IMG/VR virus record: IMGVR_UViG_3300037760_000064
Span: 1-49,461 of that record
Source: a virus
Lineage: Duplodnaviria > Caudoviricetes
Reading direction: 5' to 3' (one strand)
Length of the DNA: 49,461 nt
This document shows, piece after piece, positions 43,184-49,461 of this stretch (within the stretch, counting starts at the first letter, position 1; every line of letters begins with the position of its first letter). A model generated the notes under the pieces. The model did not search any database. It was not told where the DNA came from and saw only the letters and a list, made by a program, of their open reading frames with translations. The position numbers were made by a program, and so were the translations under genes.

Positions 43184-43468
43184 CTACTCGGCGGCCTTGT
43201 CGTCGGCGGCCTCGGTGGTGGGCTCCAGCGCGGCTTCGGGCTCGGGATCGACCCTCTTTCGCCGACCCACAGACCGCTTCTCGCCCGGTGCCGCAGTGGC
43301 CTGCTCGACGTGGCCGAACTGCTGCGGATGCAGTGGCCTAAATAGCTTCTCCCGGCCGCGCACGATCGGGTCGTCGGCGCTGACGATCGTCTGGCCCTTG
43401 GTGATCTTGCGACGGCGTCCGTCGTGCCACATTACGGCGGTGTGTGCTGCGATAAGTAGATCGCTCAT
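43184..43468 (-). CDS. Small capsid-operon protein
   Basis: G..V.ADDPIV.GRE.LF...VEQATAAPGEKR motif; AGGAGG RBS. Confidence 0.7.
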   Translation of the reverse strand: MSDLLIAAHTAVMWHDGRRRKITKGQTIVSADDPIVRGREKLFRPLHPQQFGHVEQATAAPGEKRSVGRRKRVDPEPEAALEPTTEAADDKAAE

Positions 43469-43488
43469 GTCGGCCCTCCTTGACCAAT

Positions 43489-43521
43489 GAGGCGGCTCGG
43501 CTCACTCGACCGAGCCGCCTC
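43489..43521. terminator. Hairpin after the major capsid gene
   Basis: GAGGCGGCTCGG / CCGAGCCGCCTC, perfect 12-bp stem. Confidence 0.7.
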
Positions 43522-43530
43522 GAGTTGGGA

Positions 43531-44976
43531 TCAGACGTTGGTCAGGACGCGGAACGCGTTATCCACGAGGACGAGCGAGCTGTTCCGCCACACCGCGACC
43601 ACGGCACGCTGACCAGTCCACCGGCCACCAGCACCGACGATGTGCGGGTTAACCTCGACGGTCATGCCAAGCTTGTCGACGATCAGGAACTGGGAGAAGT
43701 CCCCGAACAGCAGGAACCGGTTGAGGTCCAGCGCTGCACCCTGGCTGTCCATCGCGGACGCCTCGTGCGTCGGGTAGCCGAGCAACTCCGGCGGCTGGCT
43801 CCCCGACAGCCGGACCCACAGATCAGCTCCGTCGCTACCCTCGCCGAGCCCACGGGCCGACTGGTAGGTGGACTTGTTCGCCAGGAACCGGCCACGCGAC
43901 CGGAACCGTACTGGAAGCGCTGCTTCGAGGCTGAGCAAATCCTCCAGAGTGAGAGCCCCACCCGTGGCGACGTCGACCTCCGAGGCGGCATCCAGGGTCG
44001 CCACGACACCACCGGGGTCATTGCCTGTGCCGTCGCCGATGACGAACGCTACGTCCTCCTCGCGGTCTTTCGCGTCCATGAGCAGACGCGAGATCTCGCT
44101 ACGCAGCTGCGGCCAGCCCTGGTCGATCTCCACCGAGAACCGCACGTCGGCGATGACTCGGGTCGGGGTGACCTCGGGCTGCGCGATGGTGAAGCCGTTG
44201 TCGTCGGCCTCCGCTTCCTCAGCGGAGCGGGACACCGTGATGCCGGAGCTGGTGATGCCCTGCCATGTTTTCCCGGTGATGGTCTCCACGCGGGAGATCT
44301 GCCGCAGCGGCGAGATCGAGCCGTCGCTGGTGAGGATGACCGTCGGGTCGAGTTGGAACGGCACCGCGAAGCCGCCCTCGGTGGTGGTACCGACCTGCAT
44401 CGCGGCGCGGGACTCCTCGCTGGAAAGCAGGTGCTGGCCGCCCATGACGATCTTTCCAAAGGCGCGGTCATAGACCGGATTGCCGGTCGCCAGGATGCGC
44501 TTGGCGAGCGTGCCGTGCCGGTCGTCGACCCGCTCCAGCAGGCCCTCGACATGCTCCTGGACCTTTTCACGCCCGCCGGCGAACGCGGGGAAGTGGCCCC
44601 GCTCGATGGCGCGCTTGGCGTTGTCGTGCAGGCCGGCCCGGTAGTCGTCATCCGAGCGCGCTTCGGAGCGGATGCGATTCACGTCGTAGATGTCCACACC
44701 GGTCTTGCGCACGAACGCCGGGGTTTCGCCGGTCGCCCGCTCCGTCGCGGCCGGGTTGCTGGCCAGTGTGCGCAGCCGCTCCCGGCGCGAACGCATCTCC
44801 TTCACGGCGCGGCCATGCTCATCGCGCTCCGCGTTGAGTTGGTTCCACAGTTCGCGGGCCTCGTCACTCATGACGGTGCCCGCGAACTCGGCGTCGAGCT
44901 CACCCACACGGGCGTCGATCTCGCCGATTCGTTCCTCGCGGTCCTCAATGGACCGCGGCTCCATGGCGTCAGCCAT
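43531..44976 (-). CDS. Major capsid protein (HK97 fold, with N-terminal delta domain)
   Basis: AGGAGG RBS at ATG 44976; GGFAVP..LDP, E..AFV.GDG...P.G, LLGYP, LFGDFSQFLIVDKLG, AFRVL. Confidence 0.95.
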   Translation of the reverse strand: MADAMEPRSIEDREERIGEIDARVGELDAEFAGTVMSDEARELWNQLNAERDEHGRAVKEMRSRRERLRTLASNPAATERATGETPAFVRKTGVDIYDVNRIRSEARSDDDYRAGLHDNAKRAIERGHFPAFAGGREKVQEHVEGLLERVDDRHGTLAKRILATGNPVYDRAFGKIVMGGQHLLSSEESRAAMQVGTTTEGGFAVPFQLDPTVILTSDGSISPLRQISRVETITGKTWQGITSSGITVSRSAEEAEADDNGFTIAQPEVTPTRVIADVRFSVEIDQGWPQLRSEISRLLMDAKDREEDVAFVIGDGTGNDPGGVVATLDAASEVDVATGGALTLEDLLSLEAALPVRFRSRGRFLANKSTYQSARGLGEGSDGADLWVRLSGSQPPELLGYPTHEASAMDSQGAALDLNRFLLFGDFSQFLIVDKLGMTVEVNPHIVGAGGRWTGQRAVVAVWRNSSLVLVDNAFRVLTNV

Positions 44977-45049
44977 TTGATTGCCTCCTGGCATACGGAA
45001 GCCCCGGCCATCCCTGGTCCGGGGCTTCGGGTTTCGGTGAGTTGGCGCC

Positions 45050-45997
45050 TCAGGCGAGGAACCAGTCGGGGTTCTCGCCCCACTCAGGCACGTACCTGAC
45101 CGGTTCGGGCTTCGATGCTGGTTCCTCTGTCGTCGACGGGTGCTCACCGGCCGGAGTGTCTACCTCGGTGGTTCGCGGCTCGTCCTCCGTCGCCGACGCC
45201 TCGTGCTCCCCGGCCGGAGGCTCATCACCCTCGGTGGATTGCGGCTGTTCGTCGGCTTCCATCCGCTCGGCCGCTTCGGCGAGAAACACCGCGCGGGCGA
45301 GAGTCTTACGCTGCTCAGGGTCATCGATGTGACCCAGGTCGATGGTAATCGTCTTGGACCGGACGCCCACGGAGGTGTCCTCATAGGCCGGCCACACGAC
45401 CGGCCCAAGCTCCGGCACCTTCAACTCGCGGAGGTCGCGGAGCAGCAACTCGTCGTCGGGGACGCCCTCAAACCAGGTGCGCCTCAGCAGGTCGTGCAGG
45501 GTGTCCTCGTCGCGGATCTGCTTGCCATCTGCGTCGAACCACGCCTCACGGACTACGCCGAACCGGAACGACATGCCATCGATGGAACCCGACCGGATGG
45601 CATCGCGAACCGGTTCGACGAGCCAGTTGTCGTGCAGTCGGCCGACGACGTGGGCGCCACCCTCAGGTGCCAGAGTGGGGTCGGTGTCCTCAGTGATCGA
45701 ATTGACGCTGGCGATGGGGATCGACCCGACCAGCGGATGCCGGCCGTGGTCGAACTGGATCCGCGGGGGCCGCTCGCGGAACGACTTCTTCATCGACCCC
45801 GGCGAGATGCTCTCCCTGAACCGGCCCTCCCACGAGTCGATGATGGTCTCGCGGTTGAACACGGCCGCATAACCGTCCAGCGTCTTTCCGTCGCTCTCGA
45901 CGTCACCGTCGGCCCGCAGCGTGAACGGCGTCATGCGCAGCAGGTCGTTCCGCGGCGGCGCCGGCGCCCGCTCTATTCGTTCCGACATGGTGGTCAT
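45050..45997 (-). CDS. Prohead (capsid maturation) protease, HK97 family
   Basis: LDGYAAVFN...F.E.I.PG....FDHG...GMSFRF...E.GPVVWPAY..T. Confidence 0.93.
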   Translation of the reverse strand: MTTMSERIERAPAPPRNDLLRMTPFTLRADGDVESDGKTLDGYAAVFNRETIIDSWEGRFRESISPGSMKKSFRERPPRIQFDHGRHPLVGSIPIASVNSITEDTDPTLAPEGGAHVVGRLHDNWLVEPVRDAIRSGSIDGMSFRFGVVREAWFDADGKQIRDEDTLHDLLRRTWFEGVPDDELLLRDLRELKVPELGPVVWPAYEDTSVGVRSKTITIDLGHIDDPEQRKTLARAVFLAEAAERMEADEQPQSTEGDEPPAGEHEASATEDEPRTTEVDTPAGEHPSTTEEPASKPEPVRYVPEWGENPDWFLA

Positions 45998-47361
45998 GAG
46001 TTCCCTCCAGCGCCCTCAGTACCCGCGCTCCCGTTGTTGGTCGTGCCGGCCGGCTGCAGTTGGACCGACAACAGGTTCGTGTGCACCAGTCGCGACCAGT
46101 CATGATTGACGACCGATTCCTGCACTGAATCCGGCGTGTATCCCTCACGGATCAGCACCGCGATCGTGGACGCCTCCTGCGACTGGACAGCGGCCTCCTC
46201 GGTCTTGTCCATCCGTAGGAACGGGATACCGCGCGTTGCGAACCACAGGTGCGCACCGTCATCCGGCCGATCCACAATGGCCTCCAACGACGACGAAGCG
46301 TTCCCCCATAGATGCTGCATCGTGCCGTCACCGAACCGCCGGCGGGCGGACGTGAAGTTGCCGGCATTCAGAGCCGAGCCCTGCAGGCCCTCGGAGAATC
46401 CCACCCACGAGGGCGGGACACCAGCGGCGGCAGCCATCCTGGACTCGGCCTTGCCCTGCGTCACCGCGAAGTCGAGTTCCTTGAAATCCTTGCCCACCAC
46501 GACTGCGTCCGCCCCGCCACCGAGGAACAGCGTCTTGTATGCGTTCCACGAGCCCTTGTGCTCGGCCTCGAACAGCGCCTTGAACTTCTTCACACTGTCC
46601 AGGCCCACAGCCGGGTCGAACTTGATGACCATGTTCGGTGTCGCTGCGTTGCGCAGGAACGCCCGCTTGTGCTCAGTCTGCAGTTGGTCACCCATGACAT
46701 CGCGCATGGCTGGCGTCAACCAGCTCATCCCGACGTAGTTGTTGTCCGGGTCCGGGTACGGCGCGTAATGCCCAACCTCGTCCGGCCCCAGCAGAATCAT
46801 CCGGTCGCCGCGGTCACCGTTCGGCGCGTACGCATAGCCGAGCAGCTCCACATCCCCAGCCTCAGCCGGATGATCAACATCTTCCATCGAACCAAGGATG
46901 ATGATCACCCAGTCCGGTCGCAGCCGCACCAGGAAGTCACCAGCACCCCGACGGCGACGCACCCGCCGCGTGTACGAGTTCCCGGCGCCAGTGACGTCCA
47001 ATTCCATCCGCGCCAGCAGGTCGGCAGTCGTGCCGCCCAGCCACGGACGCTCCAGAATCCCCAACGCCGAATTTCCGAACAGGTCCGTCGGCTCGCCCCG
47101 CTCATACCGGGTCCACTGGAACCGCGCCTGAGAGAACACCTGCATCCGCGCCAAAGTCAACGCGAACACAGGGCTCGAATTCTTGACGACACCGTTCAGC
47201 GACCCGGAGACCTGCTCCTCGTCCAGGTTCGCCATCGTCGTCCGCAGCAGCCCAAACTCCTGGGCATGCAGGAACGCATCCACCCAATCCTGCGTCGTGC
47301 CACGCTCAACCGAGGAAGGTGGCACGTCACGCCCGACGAGGAGATTGCGCCAGAAGCCCAT
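45994..47361 (-). CDS. Portal protein (HK97 family)
   Basis: GNSY...LRPDWV...GMSWL...F..NAATP...H.G..NAYKTL.L.GG...AAAAGVPP..VG. Confidence 0.95.
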   Translation of the reverse strand: MGFWRNLLVGRDVPPSSVERGTTQDWVDAFLHAQEFGLLRTTMANLDEEQVSGSLNGVVKNSSPVFALTLARMQVFSQARFQWTRYERGEPTDLFGNSALGILERPWLGGTTADLLARMELDVTGAGNSYTRRVRRRRGAGDFLVRLRPDWVIIILGSMEDVDHPAEAGDVELLGYAYAPNGDRGDRMILLGPDEVGHYAPYPDPDNNYVGMSWLTPAMRDVMGDQLQTEHKRAFLRNAATPNMVIKFDPAVGLDSVKKFKALFEAEHKGSWNAYKTLFLGGGADAVVVGKDFKELDFAVTQGKAESRMAAAAGVPPSWVGFSEGLQGSALNAGNFTSARRRFGDGTMQHLWGNASSSLEAIVDRPDDGAHLWFATRGIPFLRMDKTEEAAVQSQEASTIAVLIREGYTPDSVQESVVNHDWSRLVHTNLLSVQLQPAGTTNNGSAGTEGAGGNS

Positions 47362-48969
47362 TCATCCCCCCATCAGTGCGAATGGCTCGAGATCCTGCGG
47401 GATCAGTCCGTGCTCGATGGCGTGGGCGCGTGCCTCATGGGCAAGAACGGCGGCAACGGCGGCGTCGATGAGCATCCCCTCGCCGCGCTTGGCCATCTTC
47501 AGGTAGTGCGTGGTCAGGGTCTCGTCCTCACCCGGCCGGGGCTTCTTCCGCGACCCCTTCACCAGCACGGCGTTCTTCGCGTGCCGCATCAGAACCTCGT
47601 TGCTGTCGTGCGTGATCTCGCCGCCACTGAATGCGGTTGTGAACCGCTCGATGGCCCGGTCCATCCGCTGCTCGACGTTGGTCGGGAACTCGACCACCCG
47701 CTCTTCATCGAGGTCGGCCGACCACCTGTCCAGATAGTCCTGCCACCGATACGGATCGGCGAACAAGACCGCCACCTGGTAGGCATCGAATGCGTCGCGG
47801 AGCACGCTGTCCACCTCGGATGTCGGGACCTTCCAGTCCGGCCCGTCCTCCGGTGACCGCTCCCACACTCTCACCACAAACAGGCGCCCATCCGAGATCC
47901 GCGACGCGATCAGTGCCGTCGCATCCCGATACTTCGATCCGTCGAAGCCGAGAGCAATCTGCTCGCCCTTCTGCAGCGAGTCATCCTGGCCCTGCAGATC
48001 CCACCGAATCGGGTCGACGAACACCGACTGGCCGACCACGATCTCGTTGAGGAAGAACCGGCGCCGATCCGCCTCTAGGTGCCGACTCGACCGGCACTCA
48101 GCCATGATCCGGCCCTTGATGTTCACCCAGCCGCCCCGTTCGCGGGCCGAGTCACCGTACTGGCGTAGCAACTCCCGATACAGGTCCTCGTCGTCGCTGA
48201 GGTCCTCGACACGTCGCGGCGCGATGGTGTCGATGTAGACGTCCTTGTCGCCAGAGTCGGCCGTGACCTGGGCCTCTGACCCCTCCGTCGGATCCCACGC
48301 GTTGGTGAGTTCAAGCCAGCGGCCATCCATACCGGCCACGTTCCGCTTCACCGCGCCCGCCACGCGCCGGAAACCGCCCTGCAGCGTGAACAGATGCGAC
48401 TCGGTCAACGTCACGAACGACATCGGCGCGCCCAGCCGGGCGCGAGCCGATGTAGTAGCCGGCTCAAGCTTGCCGCCACTGGCTAAGTCGACCTTGGTCT
48501 GGCCGACCTCGTGGACCGTTGGCATGTCCACGATCGGTCCGAGGCGAGCCATCGCCAGCAGCGGGCGCCACGTGTTGTCCGTCTGGTCCTCCGACGTGCC
48601 CAGACACACGATCAGCGGTGTCGGATACGGAGCACCGACCGGCTCCCCTGACGCATCCCATCCGTTGAACCGAGTCGGCCCCAGCGCCTCAGCCCAACAC
48701 ATCGCTGCGCCGAACGGGTCCTTGCCCCACTTCTGCGACCGCCGCAGTTGACCACCGGTGTATCGCAGACCAATCGGGCCGGGCCACGGCTTAGCCTCCG
48801 GGTCCAGCCGGTAGAAGTGGACCAGGAAGGTCCACATCTCGTCTGTCAACAGGAACGGGTGTCCCTGCCGGTAGCCATCCGGTATGACGCAGTGCTTCTC
48901 GATCCACTCGCCGACGTCGTACCCGAGAGTCGGGAACTCGCCCGGCTCCGACGGGCCGCGCCACAGCAT
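47362..48969 (-). CDS. terL: Terminase large subunit
   Basis: QKWGKDP Walker A, TESHL Walker B region, RRFFLN, LGFDGS..RDATAL, IDAAVA.VLA. Confidence 0.95.
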   Translation of the reverse strand: MLWRGPSEPGEFPTLGYDVGEWIEKHCVIPDGYRQGHPFLLTDEMWTFLVHFYRLDPEAKPWPGPIGLRYTGGQLRRSQKWGKDPFGAAMCWAEALGPTRFNGWDASGEPVGAPYPTPLIVCLGTSEDQTDNTWRPLLAMARLGPIVDMPTVHEVGQTKVDLASGGKLEPATTSARARLGAPMSFVTLTESHLFTLQGGFRRVAGAVKRNVAGMDGRWLELTNAWDPTEGSEAQVTADSGDKDVYIDTIAPRRVEDLSDDEDLYRELLRQYGDSARERGGWVNIKGRIMAECRSSRHLEADRRRFFLNEIVVGQSVFVDPIRWDLQGQDDSLQKGEQIALGFDGSKYRDATALIASRISDGRLFVVRVWERSPEDGPDWKVPTSEVDSVLRDAFDAYQVAVLFADPYRWQDYLDRWSADLDEERVVEFPTNVEQRMDRAIERFTTAFSGGEITHDSNEVLMRHAKNAVLVKGSRKKPRPGEDETLTTHYLKMAKRGEGMLIDAAVAAVLAHEARAHAIEHGLIPQDLEPFALMGG

Positions 48970-49424
48970 CAGCCGACCGCCTTGATACGCCTCCGGGCGC
49001 TCTTGGCTGACGACTCCTGCCGCTTCTCGGCGACCTCATCGGCGACGACCTCCCACAGCAAGGTCCGCATCGCCTTCGGGTTCAGGCCCAGCCGGTCCGA
49101 CCACATGCGAGCCTCCTTCGCCGCATCCAGGTCACCGAACTCCGCCTGCACCTTCCAGCGCACGTATTGCGCGACATCGCGCGTCCAACCCAGCCGCTCC
49201 CACGCCACGGCCTGCGGAATCGCCCAGATCTCCGCCCACATCTCGGCTTCGGCCTCGTGGACGGGCTCCAGGAGGCCAGTCGCTTCAAGAACGAGCCGGT
49301 GCTTACCTGCGAAGTCCCTCAACGGCCACGGAGGAGATGGGCCCTGACGCCCTTCGGCTGGCAGCTTGAGAGGGCCGACACGAGAGTTCCGGCGGACCGG
49401 ATCGACCTTGGGTGCGGGAGGCAC
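48969..49424 (-). CDS. terS: Terminase small subunit
   Basis: P.P.WPL...W..IW..PQA.AW...EAR...DRLGL.PKAM..L.W; TGATG coupling to terL. Confidence 0.9.
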   Translation of the reverse strand: MPPAPKVDPVRRNSRVGPLKLPAEGRQGPSPPWPLRDFAGKHRLVLEATGLLEPVHEAEAEMWAEIWAIPQAVAWERLGWTRDVAQYVRWKVQAEFGDLDAAKEARMWSDRLGLNPKAMRTLLWEVVADEVAEKRQESSAKSARRRIKAVG

Positions 49425-49461
49425 GGCGGCACCTCCCGTTCCGTACAGATTGCGAGAAGCC

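Noticed and set aside
43480-47856. Long plus-strand ORFs (43480-45099, 45140-46105, 46312-47856; likewise 6824-7891, 7080-8108, 38474-39511)
   Set aside because: Antisense shadows of GC3-biased genes, with no recognisable motifs.

Overview
This window looks like an essentially complete (~49.5 kb) temperate, HK97-type siphovirus of a high-GC actinobacterium. It is in its excised form: there is an intact attP carrying the 3' half of a CAT-anticodon tRNA, and the two ends of the window join between the HNH and terS genes. Virion and lysis genes (28.3-49.4 kb) and the early replication/recombination operon (0.8-15.5 kb) are on the minus strand. The immunity switch, integrase/attP and accessory cargo lie in between. 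The main results are four. (1) A stem-loop TIGR-like guide array of 8 units (stem-CCA-9nt-CGNNNCCCA-9nt-CG-stem) lies inside the reading frame of a nuclease-less IS110/Nop-domain (TasA-like) gene in the early operon. (2) A second nuclease-dead RNA-guided system, Cas12m (type V-M) with a 6-repeat mini-array, is present, and its spacers look like they come from competing phages or mobile elements. (3) The endolysin's active-site His codon is followed by TGA-G-CAC, a candidate 7-nt translational bypass next to a homing-endonuclease remnant and a duplicated gene 5' end, reminiscent of T4 gene 60/mobA. (4) An AICE/plasmid-type GntR-Spd-TraB conjugation module with dense 8-bp repeats sits inside the phage. 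All family assignments come from motif recognition by eye; no database searches were run.
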